Origin: an uncultured Verrucomicrobiae bacterium
GTDB taxonomy: Bacteria > Verrucomicrobiota > Verrucomicrobiia > Chthoniobacterales > Chthoniobacteraceae
Reading direction: 5' to 3'
Length of the DNA: 64,000 nt
Assembly: GCA_963828525.1 (NCBI GenBank)
Contig: CAWHEP010000011.1
Location: 160,001-224,000, forward strand
The notes beneath the pieces were generated by a model, which worked only from the letters and a program-made list of their open reading frames with translations, was not told the origin of the DNA and made no database searches. Below, in pieces: positions 48,448 through 58,490 of the stretch; the stretch's first letter is position 1, and each line of letters begins with the position of its first letter. The position numbers and the translations under genes were made by a program.

Positions 48448-49545
48448 ATGAGTCTCCAAATCAAACCCGCCGATTCCTGCGCTTTCGACCAAATCTCCCT
48501 TGGGGAAGTCATGCTCCGTCTCGATCCCGGCGAGGGACGCATCCGCGCCGCGCGCGAATTCAAGGCTTGGGAAGGCGGCGGTGAATACAACACATCTCGT
48601 GGTCTCCGAAAATGCTTCGGCCTCAAGACCGCCGTTTGCACCGCGTTCGTGGACAACGAAGTGGGCCACCTCGTCGAGGACTTCATCATGCAGGGTGGGG
48701 TGGACACCGCCTTCATCAAGTGGCGCGAGGACGACGGCATCGGACGCACCGTCCGCAACGGCCTCAACTTTACCGAGCGGGGCTTTGGCATCCGGGGCGC
48801 CGTCGGCAACCCGGACCGCGGCAACACGGCTGCGTCTCAGCTAAAGCCCGGCGACTTCGACTGGGATCACATTTTCGGCAAGCTGGGCGCCCGCTGGTTC
48901 CATACCGGTGGCATCTTCGCCGCGCTCTCCGCGACTACAGCCGAGCTTACTGTCGAGGCAGTGAAAGCCGCGAACAAGCATGGCGCGATTGTCAGCTACG
49001 ATCTGAATTACCGCCCCTCGCTCTGGAAAACTATCGGAGGCTTGAAAAAGGCGCAGGAAGTCAACCGCGAGATCGCTCGTTATGTGGATGTCATGATCGG
49101 AAACGAAGAGGATTTCACCGCCTCGCTGGGCTTCGAAGTGAAAGGCGTGGATCACAACATCAGCGCCATCGAGACGGACGCTTTCAAGGCCATGATCGAA
49201 ACGGCTGTCGGGGAGTTCAAAAACTTCAAGGTGGCCGCCACCACGCTTCGGCGCGTCATCACCGCGACAAAAAATGACTGGAGCGCGATTCTTTGGCACG
49301 ACGGGAAATTCCACGAGAGCCGCAAATATCCCGAACTCGAGATCCTTGATCGCGTAGGCGGGGGCGATTCTTTTGCGTCGGGCCTGCAATTCGGCTTCCT
49401 GACGTTCAATGACGCGCAGAAGGCTGTCGAATATGGCGCGGCTCATGGGGCTCTTGCCTCGACGACCCCGGGTGATACTTCGATGGCTACGCGGAAAGAA
49501 GTCGAAAAGACGTTTGCCGGCGGCGGCGCTCGCGTGGTGCGCTAG
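48448..49545 (+). CDS. kdgK: PfkB family sugar kinase, 2-keto-3-deoxygluconate kinase-like
   Basis: LGEVMLRL, GGGEYN, YDLNYRPSLW, GNEED, DRVGGGDSF. Confidence 0.88.
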   Translation: MSLQIKPADSCAFDQISLGEVMLRLDPGEGRIRAAREFKAWEGGGEYNTSRGLRKCFGLKTAVCTAFVDNEVGHLVEDFIMQGGVDTAFIKWREDDGIGRTVRNGLNFTERGFGIRGAVGNPDRGNTAASQLKPGDFDWDHIFGKLGARWFHTGGIFAALSATTAELTVEAVKAANKHGAIVSYDLNYRPSLWKTIGGLKKAQEVNREIARYVDVMIGNEEDFTASLGFEVKGVDHNISAIETDAFKAMIETAVGEFKNFKVAATTLRRVITATKNDWSAILWHDGKFHESRKYPELEILDRVGGGDSFASGLQFGFLTFNDAQKAVEYGAAHGALASTTPGDTSMATRKEVEKTFAGGGARVVR

Positions 49546-49571
49546 CAGCGCTCAGCAGTACCCTTCATCTA

Positions 49572-51068
49572 TCACGCCGCTTCCGCCACCGGGAGCGCTA
49601 GTTGGAGGAGCATCTCGGCCGTTGCTTCCTGCCTCGGGATTGAAGCCACGATCGCGCGCTGGCGCATGACGATGATCCGGTCGCAGATCCCCATCACCTC
49701 GGGCAATTCGCTGGAGACCACTACTACCCCAAGCCCCTGTTGAGCGAGATCGTAAATGATGGAGTAGATCTCGCTCTTCGCCCCGACATCTATTCCTCTG
49801 GTCGGTTCGTCCAGGAGGATTACTTTGATCTTTTCTCCCAGCCATCGACCAAGGATTACCTTCTGCTGGTTGCCTCCTGAAAGGTTAACAATGAGCTGGT
49901 GAATCGAGGGCGTGCGGATCGCGAGTTTTTCAACGTAGCGCTCCGCGTTTTCCTGCTCACGCTTATCGGATAGAAATAAGCCAAGCGGGGAGAAGTGCCT
50001 CCGCGCCCCGAGATTCATGTTCTCCATCACGGATCGCACGGGAACAATGCCTTCCTTCTTGCGGTCTTCCGGGCAGAGAACGATGCCGTTCCGGATGGCG
50101 TCTGCTGGCTTTCGCATGCGCGCTGCTTTGCCTTCGACGGCAATGCTGCCCGACGTCGCGCGTTCCGCTCCGAAAAGGATTTTCAGCAGCTCGCTTCTTC
50201 CCGCTCCGACGAGTCCAAAGAACCCCAGAATTTCTCCCCGCGCCACCGTGAAGCTGATTGGCGCGCGGAGACCGGGGCCGAGGAGTTGTCGGGTCTCCAA
50301 AACGGGGGCGCCATGGGGTCGCGGGGTATAGTGAAAGATATCGCGGATGGAGCGTCCCACCATCTTTGTGATGAGCATGTCCGCTGTTACCCCCGCCAGC
50401 GAGTCGAACGTCTCGACCTGCTTGCCATCGCGCAGGATCGTCGCCGAATCGCAGAGCTCGAATATTTCTTCCATTCGGTGGGAGACGTATAGGATGGCGC
50501 GGCCTTGATCCCGGAGTTGTCTGATGATGGCAAACAGGCGATCAACCTCCCGGCTGGTGAGGCTGCTGGTGGGCTCGTCGAAAGCGATCACTTTCGCGTC
50601 GCGAGTGAGCGCCTTTGCAATTTCGACCATCTGGCGTTGCGCGATGGAAAGAGTGCCCACTTTAATCTGGGGATCGATGTCCTCGCCAAGCATCTCCAAC
50701 CGCGCCCGGGCGGAAAGAACCAGCGCTTTCCGATCCACCCATCCGAGGTGGTTGGGCAGGTGGCCGATGTATAAATTCTCCGCGACGGATAACTCCGGGG
50801 CCAGGTGCAGTTCCTGGTAGATGATGGCGACGCCGGCGGAAATTGCCTGCGCGGTCGAGGAAAAATCCTGAGCCGCGCCCCCGAGAGACACCTTCCCCGC
50901 GTCGGGGGAACAGGCGCCGCCAAGGATTTTCAGCAGGGTGCTTTTTCCGGCTCCGTTTTCGCCGAGCAAAGCGTGGACGCTGCCCTCCGAAACTCCGAAG
51001 GTGATGCCATCAAGCACCCGGACGCCGGGGAAGCTCTTCTCGACAGAGTCAAAATGGAGGTATGCCAT
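49572..51068 (-). CDS. araG: L-arabinose ABC transporter ATP-binding protein
   Basis: Two ABC domains, GENGAGKSTL, IAFDEPTSSL, LCPEDRK, LSGGNQQK; next to araF. Confidence 0.9.
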   Translation of the reverse strand: MAYLHFDSVEKSFPGVRVLDGITFGVSEGSVHALLGENGAGKSTLLKILGGACSPDAGKVSLGGAAQDFSSTAQAISAGVAIIYQELHLAPELSVAENLYIGHLPNHLGWVDRKALVLSARARLEMLGEDIDPQIKVGTLSIAQRQMVEIAKALTRDAKVIAFDEPTSSLTSREVDRLFAIIRQLRDQGRAILYVSHRMEEIFELCDSATILRDGKQVETFDSLAGVTADMLITKMVGRSIRDIFHYTPRPHGAPVLETRQLLGPGLRAPISFTVARGEILGFFGLVGAGRSELLKILFGAERATSGSIAVEGKAARMRKPADAIRNGIVLCPEDRKKEGIVPVRSVMENMNLGARRHFSPLGLFLSDKREQENAERYVEKLAIRTPSIHQLIVNLSGGNQQKVILGRWLGEKIKVILLDEPTRGIDVGAKSEIYSIIYDLAQQGLGVVVVSSELPEVMGICDRIIVMRQRAIVASIPRQEATAEMLLQLALPVAEAA

Positions 51069-51117
51069 CTACGCTGCTATAAAATCCTTCGCGCCAGGCG
51101 CGGGGCATCTCAATATT

Positions 51118-52130
51118 TTAGAGCAGCCCCTGTTCTTTCATCACGCTCTGCCAATTGTCGCGATTGATCAGCGTGGCCTTTTAATGAACGTCGCCTTGGG
51201 CGGCTCAATTCCATCCTTTATCCAGTGATACAAAGACATTGTTGTATCATGACCATGCTTGTTCGGGCTTAGCAGCAACGAGCCAAAGAAACCTGTTTGG
51301 GCGGGCTTCTGAAATTCGCTCTGGCAATCCGTTCCGTTGATGCCGACCCCAATGACGTCCGCCGGCGCAATACCCCGCCCCTCGGTGGCTCGGACAGCAC
51401 CCAGCACGGCAGAGTCATTCATGCCTACGATGAGCCAATGCTTGACCTCCGGGATGCTGGGTGAGGCAGATATTCGCGGCATCGAAACTGCCGGGAAGAT
51501 CCGTGCTCTTGTTGGGAGCGTTGTAGATTTGTCGCTGGGAAAGCCGCCGGCGATCAAAGCTTCCTTCGCTCCATCGGTGCGCCGCTTTCGCGGTGTCGAG
51601 CTCCTCAAAGCTGGAGAGACAGGCGGCTGTTTCCTCCGGTTTCCAGCCCCTTTTTCGCATCTCCGCGATCTTCGATCTCGCCAGCTTGATGCCCGATGTC
51701 GCCAGGGGACATTCCGAGATGATGCACATCGCTCATCACGGACGCCGTCAGCGCCAAGAAATTGATCGTCCACCGTGACAATCTTCATGTTGTATTGACC
51801 CGCTTTGGCAACAATCGCCGGCCCCAGCCGCACGTCCGGCGTGCAAATCACGAAACCCTGCGCGCCTTGGGCTGCCAGGTTATCGATGGCGGAAAGAACC
51901 TTCTCGCCGTCGGTAGCGCCAATTTTCACCAGATCGAAGCCCGTCTCGTCCGCTGCCTTCTGAGCGAACTTCCATTCGGTCTGGAACCATGGTTCGTCCG
52001 GCTGTTTGATGAGATAGCCAATCTTGATTTTGGCGGGAGCCGGGTTCCCGTTCGTGGACGTGTCGGGTTTACCGCAAGCGCTTAGGAATAAGGCCGCTGC
52101 CAGCAGTGCATAGTGAGAGATTTTGCTCAT
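51118..52130 (-). CDS. araF: L-arabinose ABC transporter substrate-binding lipoprotein, several frameshifts
   Basis: Lipobox LSAC, KQPDEPWFQTEWKFA, GFVICTPD, GMNDSAVLGAVRATEGRG, GIN; ends ...MKEQGLL*. Confidence 0.88.
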
Positions 52131-52181
52131 GAGGGTTCCGCCACATTGCCGGGTTCATTCGGCCTTGGCAAGGCGGGACAC

Positions 52182-52733
52182 TCAGAACCCGCCGAGGCGA
52201 TCCAGGATGGCGCTTCTGACAAGGGGCAACCTCCCATACGCTCGCCCCAAGGAGGAGGAGGCGGAGCAGCGGTCCTCATCCTGGATACCCAGCGCGCGGA
52301 CGAGTTCGCCTTCGAAATGAAGGACGGCAATCCGGTTGGCTGCTTTTACGTTTAGAAATCGGACCGCGCGCAGCATCAGCGAGTATAATTCGGCGATGGG
52401 ATGATCCGGCTCGGTGACGAGTTCGATCAACTCCACAAAATAACAGGCTGTTTCGAGGTTCCGCAGTGTGAGACGCAAAGCTTCGTGGGAGTTGCGCGAA
52501 GCTACCTCCCGGAGCGTGTGAAGTTCACCGTGCTTGCTGCGGGCGTACTGGATCTCGGCTTCAAAGAACAAGTCCAGTTTGCCAGCAAACGCGCTCTTGG
52601 GTCGACGCGCCCCTTTCGCGACCGTCTTGATCCTGCCATGCGACTCAGTCAGCCATGTGATGATGAGGCTGGTATCAGACAGCTTCGTCTTGCGCAGGAG
52701 CAGGGCGTTGGTGGTTTCCAGCATCAAAGGCAT
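52182..52733 (-). CDS. recO: DNA repair protein RecO
   Basis: LSDTSLIITWLTESHGRIKTVAKGARRPKS. Confidence 0.9.
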   Translation of the reverse strand: MPLMLETTNALLLRKTKLSDTSLIITWLTESHGRIKTVAKGARRPKSAFAGKLDLFFEAEIQYARSKHGELHTLREVASRNSHEALRLTLRNLETACYFVELIELVTEPDHPIAELYSLMLRAVRFLNVKAANRIAVLHFEGELVRALGIQDEDRCSASSSLGRAYGRLPLVRSAILDRLGGF

Positions 52734-52847
52734 TGAGGATGGGAGAAGTGAGTCACGTGGCGCGGCATCTGACGCATAGTTGTGACACGCGGCGCTTTAT
52801 CATCTACTCTACAAAAGGCGCGCGCGGCGCCCAAATCAAAAAGCGTC

Positions 52848-54242
52848 ATGCCCACTCTATCTGAACCTGTCGAAAGCCACACCGTGGCGATTGTCGGGCG
52901 TCCCAACGTCGGAAAATCGGCTCTGTTCAACCGGCTTGCGCGGCGGAGAATCTCAATTGTCCATGATCAGCCCGGGGTGACTCACGATCGTATTTCAGCG
53001 CCCTGCCGCTATCGAGACAGTAAATTCATGCTGCTCGATACCGGGGGGATAGGCAGCGTTGTGGACGCAAGTTTCTTCGAGCAAGTTCGCGTGGAAGCCG
53101 ACATAGCCATCGAAACGGCGTCCGTGATCCTGCTGGTCGTGGATGGGCAGGCGGGTTTAAACCCGGTTGACGAGGACCTCGCGCAAGTGTTGCGGAAAAC
53201 CAGGAAGCCCGTGCTGCTGGTGGTGAATAAGATCGATCATGAAAAACATGTCGATTATGAGGGCGAATTCTCCCGCCTCGGCATGGGCGCCGCGATATCG
53301 ATCAGCGCGGAACATGATCGGGGAGTTGGGGAACTCGTCGAGCGGATAGAAGCGCTGCTCCCAAAGCAGCCGATAGCCGAAGACGCGCTTGCCGCGGAGC
53401 CGTCGCAGACAGACAGCGGTCGCGGCGCGGAAGAAAGCCGTGTGAAGATAGCCATCATCGGTCGCCCCAACGTTGGGAAATCTTCCTTGGTGAACGCCAT
53501 CCTTGAGGATAAGAGGACGATGGTCAGCTCCATCTCGGGAACGACCCGGGATGCTGTGGACATTCCCTATCAACGACTGGACGAGAGTTTTACCCTTATC
53601 GATACGGCTGGCATTCGGCCAAAGGGGAAGAGGGACAATTCCGTGGAAATCTTCAGCGTCATGCGGGCCGAGGCGAGTATCGCGCGGGCGGATCTTTGCG
53701 TGCTGGTCATTGACGTCACCGCAGGCGTCACCGCTCAGGACAAGAAGATTGCCGGCCTGGTGCAGGAAGAGAAAAAACCCTGCCTCGTTGTCATCAATAA
53801 AAGCGATCTTCTCGATCCGGAACGGGAGATGCCGGAGGTTCTAAAGGAGATTCGACAGGAGCTTTTCTTCGTGGATTACGCTCCCATGCTGACGCTTTCG
53901 GCGAAAACCGGGAAGGATGTGCATCGGCTGTTCCGGGCGATTCGCAACGTGAAAGAGAACGCAAAACAAAAACTCGGCACCGGGGTGCTGAATCGCCTCC
54001 TCCAAACCGCGCTCACGACGACACCGCCGCCGCTGCGCAAGGGGAAGAGGTTCCGGCTGCTCTACGCGACGCAAATTGAGAAAGATTCCTCGTCAGGCCT
54101 TCTTCCGCCGACATTCCTCCTCTTTGTGAATGACGCCGAGTTGCTTTCACCTACCTATCGGAGATACATCGAGACGCAAATACGGGCCGCCGCTCCGTTC
54201 GAAGGACTGCCTTTGCTATTTCGCTTCCGCGGCAGGAAGTAA
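52848..54242 (+). CDS. der: ribosome biogenesis GTPase Der (EngA)
   Basis: Two GRPNVGKS GTPase domains, DTGG/DTAG, NKxD. Confidence 0.97.
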   Translation: MPTLSEPVESHTVAIVGRPNVGKSALFNRLARRRISIVHDQPGVTHDRISAPCRYRDSKFMLLDTGGIGSVVDASFFEQVRVEADIAIETASVILLVVDGQAGLNPVDEDLAQVLRKTRKPVLLVVNKIDHEKHVDYEGEFSRLGMGAAISISAEHDRGVGELVERIEALLPKQPIAEDALAAEPSQTDSGRGAEESRVKIAIIGRPNVGKSSLVNAILEDKRTMVSSISGTTRDAVDIPYQRLDESFTLIDTAGIRPKGKRDNSVEIFSVMRAEASIARADLCVLVIDVTAGVTAQDKKIAGLVQEEKKPCLVVINKSDLLDPEREMPEVLKEIRQELFFVDYAPMLTLSAKTGKDVHRLFRAIRNVKENAKQKLGTGVLNRLLQTALTTTPPPLRKGKRFRLLYATQIEKDSSSGLLPPTFLLFVNDAELLSPTYRRYIETQIRAAAPFEGLPLLFRFRGRK

Positions 54243-54262
54243 AACGGGCGCCGAGTCGCCAG

Positions 54263-54709
54263 CTATTTGCCTTTTGGCCAGTTTAACACGTCAAGCTCTG
54301 GTTCCACCGCGATTTTATCGGGCCAGGTGAATTGACAGCTCTGGCAGAAATATTGCCGTTCGATAAGGCCCATGGACGCAAACAGCGCGAGAACAACGGA
54401 GAAACCCGTTCGCCGCGAGAACTGAGGGTATTCTATCCGTGAAGAACCGCATTCTGGACAGCGGACGGCCTCTTTCATGATGCCATCAGCGGCGTCCCAC
54501 TCCTGAAGGTGGCCCTGAGCTTGTTCGATCTCCTCTTTTTTTACGCGCAGCCGGATGTGCGCCTTGGGTTCCGAAGTTGCAAGCCATGTCTTCTGAAGGC
54601 TGGACTCATCGAAAATCTGTGACGAAATGCCCGCGCCTGTCAGGCGCTCCTTAAGAGTTTCCGCTTGGGCGCGCTTGTTGAACGTGGCGAGGGTCATCAA
54701 TTGTTCCAT
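54263..54709 (-). CDS. DUF2007-like protein with C-terminal zinc-ribbon
   Basis: AETLKERLTGAGI, CPECGS...CQSCQFTW. Confidence 0.7.
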   Translation of the reverse strand: MEQLMTLATFNKRAQAETLKERLTGAGISSQIFDESSLQKTWLATSEPKAHIRLRVKKEEIEQAQGHLQEWDAADGIMKEAVRCPECGSSRIEYPQFSRRTGFSVVLALFASMGLIERQYFCQSCQFTWPDKIAVEPELDVLNWPKGK

Positions 54710-54713
54710 AGAT

Positions 54714-57294
54714 TCAGTGTTTGTTGCTAAAAACGATCTTCCCTCCCACCACATCGGCCACGATGTGGTCTCCTTCCGCGACTCTTCCATCGAGGATCTC
54801 CATACTTAGGGGATCCAGTATTTCACGTTGCACTACCCGCTTGAGAGGGCGAGCGCCATACTGAGGATCGTACCCTGCAGTGGCAATGTGGAGTTTGGCT
54901 GCATCCGAGAGTGTTAAGTCCAATTTCTGCGACTCCAGCCGTTTCGTCACTCTTCCAACTTGTATGTCGACAATCCGCTCCAGGTCTTCAGGCGTCAAGC
55001 GATCAAAGATGACAATCTCGTCAACGCGATTGAGGAATTCTGGGCGGAAGTGCGCTTGTAAAGCCTCCATGACACGGCGGTTTCTTTCCGTCACGGAGAG
55101 TTCCTCCATAATGATGGGGCTGCCGAGATTGCTCGTCATGATAATGACGGTATTTTTGAAATCCACCGCGCGGCCTTGACCATCCGTGATCCTGCCATCA
55201 TCCAGCACCTGCAGAAGGATGTTGAAAACGTCCGGATGCGCCTTCTCGATCTCATCGAACAAGACAACCGCGTAGGGCTTTCGCCGCACCGCCTCGCTGA
55301 GCTGGCCACCCTCTTCATATCCCACATACCCCGGAGGGGCGCCGACGAGCCGCGACACGGAGTGCTTCTCCATGTACTCACTCATATCGATCCGGATCAT
55401 CGCTCCTTCGTCATCGAAAAGAAATTCCGCGAGAGCGCGGCTAAGCTCAGTCTTTCCCACCCCGGTTGGCCCCAGGAAAATAAATGAGCCAATCGGTCGA
55501 TCCTCATCTTGCAGGCCGGCGCGCGCGCGGCGCACCGCGTTTGCCACAGCGCTGATGGCCTCCTTCTGCCCGATGACGCGCTCACTCAGCCGCGCTTCCA
55601 TCTTCACAAGCTTCTCGCGCTCTCCCTCCCGAAGCCGCGCCACAGGGATTCCCGTCCATGTGGCAACGACAGCCGCGATGTCCTCTTCGGTAACCTCCTC
55701 CTTGAGCATCTGCTGTGAGCCTTGGATTTCGGCTAGCTTCGCGCTGTGCTTCTCGATCTGACCCAAAACCTCGGGAATGCGCCCATACTGAAGTTCGCTC
55801 GCCTTGGCGAGCTCTCCGCGTCGTTGAGCCTGCTCCAGTTCGAGCCGGGCGGTCTCCAGTTGCGACTGAAGCTTGCGCGCGATATCGATTTGCGCCTTCT
55901 CACTCTGCCACTGCGCCATGAGTTGATCCTGCTTCTCGCGGGAATCCGCCAGTTCCCTTTCTAACTTCGCGAGACGCTCCTTGCTCGCGGCATCCTTCTC
56001 TTTCTTCAGCGCCTGGCGTTCCATCTCGGCCTGCATGATCTGCCGCTTTATCTGATCGATTTCTGTCGGAGTGGAATCCGTCTCGATCTTCAACCTGGAA
56101 GCCGCTTCATCGACAAGGTCGACCGCTTTGTCCGGGAGGAATCGATCCGAGATGTAGCGATGTGACAGCACGGCTGCGGCGACGAGAGCGGCATCCTGGA
56201 TCCGCACGCCGTGATGAACCTCATACTTCTCCTTTAGCCCTCGGAGGATCGCGATTGTGTCCTCAACGCTCGGTTCATCCACCTTCACCGGCTGGAATCG
56301 GCGTTCGAGAGCGGCGTCTTTCTCGATGTGCCTTGCGGTACTCATCCAGCGTCGTCGCGCCAATGGTCCTCAACTCTCCGCGCGCCAGTTGTGGCTTTAG
56401 CAGATTTGAAGCGTCCACCGCGCCCTCTGCCGCGCCCGCTCCGACGATGGTGTGCAGTTCATCGATGAACAGAATGATCTCTCCTTGCGAGTCAGTTACC
56501 TCTTTCAGAAAAGCTTTCAGCCTGTCTTCGAATTCTCCACGGAATTTCGCTCCTGCGATCATCGAGCCGAGGTCCATGGCGATCACCCGTTTCCTCTTTA
56601 ACGACTCGGGAACATCGTCCTCAATGATTCTCCGCGCGAGACCCTCCACAATTGCGGTCTTGCCCGTGCCGGGCTCGCCAATCAGCACAGGATTGTTTTT
56701 CGTTCGCCGGGAGAGAACCTGCATCACACGCCGGATCTCCTCATCGCGACCGATGACCGGATCGATCTTGCCGCGCCTGGCGGCCTCGGTGAGATCACGG
56801 CCATATTTTTCAAGAGTCTGATACTTGCCCTCCGGATTTTGATCGGTTACGCGTTGCGAACCGCGAATCTGCACCAGGGCTTGCATCAGCTTGTCTCGCG
56901 TTGCTCCCTCTTCCTTAAGGAGGCGCGTGGACGGGCAGTCAGCGTCTAGGAGCGCGAGGAGGTAATGCTCCGCGCTTACAAACTCGTCCTTCAGGCGAGT
57001 CATCTCCTTCTCGGCGCCGTCCAGCACCCGTCGAAGCTCGCCGCCCATGAAGACCTCGGAGCTGGATCCCGAGACGCGGGGTTTGCGCTCCAAATCCTGT
57101 TCGATCCGGGCTTTCAGCCCATCAACGACCAGGCCGATCTTCCCGAGCAGAGGCCTTGTGACTCCATCGGCTTGAGCGAGAAGCGCGAGCAGAAAATGCT
57201 CGTTGGTGATCTCTTGGTGCGAAAAGCGGGCGGCTTCGCTCTGAGCCTCCTGCAGTGCTTCCTGCATTTTCGCAGTGAATTTATCCAGGCGCAT
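54714..57294 (-). CDS. clpB: ATP-dependent chaperone ClpB, frameshift near 56330
   Basis: Clp-N repeats, [13 protein letters not shown], coiled-coil M domain, [11 protein letters not shown]; split between ORFs 56275..57294 and 54714..56363. Confidence 0.95.
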
Positions 57295-57442
57295 ATGACA
57301 CAGATCCTATATCTGAAATCCAATCGTTTGAACAACGGATTTAGCCGTCAGCAGTGTGGCGAGACTGGTTAAGGGAAAAAAAGTGATGACGTGCCTGCGA
57401 GCGAGAGACCTACGAGGCCGGGGAGAGTAGTCCTACAAAATA

Positions 57443-57480
57443 AGAAAACCCGTTTTGCCCTGAGGCGAAACGGGTTTTCT
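57443..57480 (-). terminator. intrinsic terminator downstream of hup
   Basis: AGAAAACCCGTTTTGCC-ctga-GGCGAAACGGGTTTTCT hairpin with T-rich flank. Confidence 0.8.
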
Positions 57481-57501
57481 CGGTTGCGGAGGGGAAATCT
57501 G

Positions 57502-57777
57502 CTAAAGCTTGACCTTGAGGTTCTTCGCAACGGAGAACTTCACGGTTTTCGACTTCTTGATCTTTATCTTCTCCCGAGTCTGGGGGTTCATCCCCATCCG
57601 GGCCGCGCGCTCTGAGACTCTGAAGGTGCCGAACCCAATGAGCTGCACCACTTTCTCCTTGCGAAGTCCAACCTTGATTGCTTCCACAACGGCGTTCAGA
57701 GCGCGCTCGGATTCGGCGCGGCTTGTGGAATTGCCAAGAGTCTTGTGGACTGCCTGGACGAGTTGAGCCTTGTTCAT
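57502..57777 (-). CDS. hup: HU family DNA-binding protein
   Basis: MNKAQLV, VQLIGFGTF, RMGMNPQT. Confidence 0.95.
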   Translation of the reverse strand: MNKAQLVQAVHKTLGNSTSRAESERALNAVVEAIKVGLRKEKVVQLIGFGTFRVSERAARMGMNPQTREKIKIKKSKTVKFSVAKNLKVKL

Positions 57778-57917
57778 TCGGTAAACGCGCCGCGCCTGGT
57801 CGAAGGACGAATCACTTGCGGAACGGGCATCTTTATGCGGCAGATAATATTTACTGTCAACGATTTTTGAGAAAAAATTTTCGTAAATGTTACAAATCAA
57901 TAACATCACCTCCCGAT

Positions 57918-58452
57918 ATGGAACTCGAACAGCGCCTTTCCACCTTTCTCGACAAGAAGCCTTCCATTCATGGAACAGCCTATATCGCCCCAGGCGCTGT
58001 CATCGTCGGCGACGTCACCTTGGAGGAGGAATCCAGCGTCTGGTTCAATGCCGTTGTTCGCGGGGACATCAACCAGATACGCATCGGCCCGCGCTCAAAT
58101 GTCCAGGATGGTTCTGTCATCCATCTCGCGGACGATTACCCCGCGATCCTCGGCGAATATGTCACCTGCGGGCATAACTGCATTCTCCATGCCTGCGAGA
58201 TTGGAGACGAAGTGCTCATTGGTATGGGAGCGACAATCCTTGATGGAGCTATCATTGGGGCGCGATCCATTGTCGGAGCGAACGCGCTCGTCACAATGGG
58301 AACAAAGATTCCCGCGGGCTCGCTGGTGATCGGCTCGCCGGCGAAAGTAGCGCGAATGCTGGACGAAAAAGAGCAGCAATCCGTAAAGGCCTGGGCTGAA
58401 AAAGTACGTCGCTCTCGCCCGCAGGTACAAGGAAAGAAGCGGAACCGGCTAA
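57918..58452 (+). CDS. gamma-class carbonic anhydrase family protein, probable +1 error near 58400
   Basis: Hexapeptide repeats, VRGDINQIRIG..SNVQD, GHNCILHAC; the natural end WAEKYVALARRY...* needs one fewer A. Confidence 0.9.
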
Positions 58453-58490
58453 CGCCTGACAAGCGCCGAGGTCCGCGCCTCCCGGTCCGA

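Noticed and set aside
56275..56363. Programmed frameshift in clpB
   Set aside because: No slippery heptamer with a stimulatory structure; it matches the window-wide indel error pattern.
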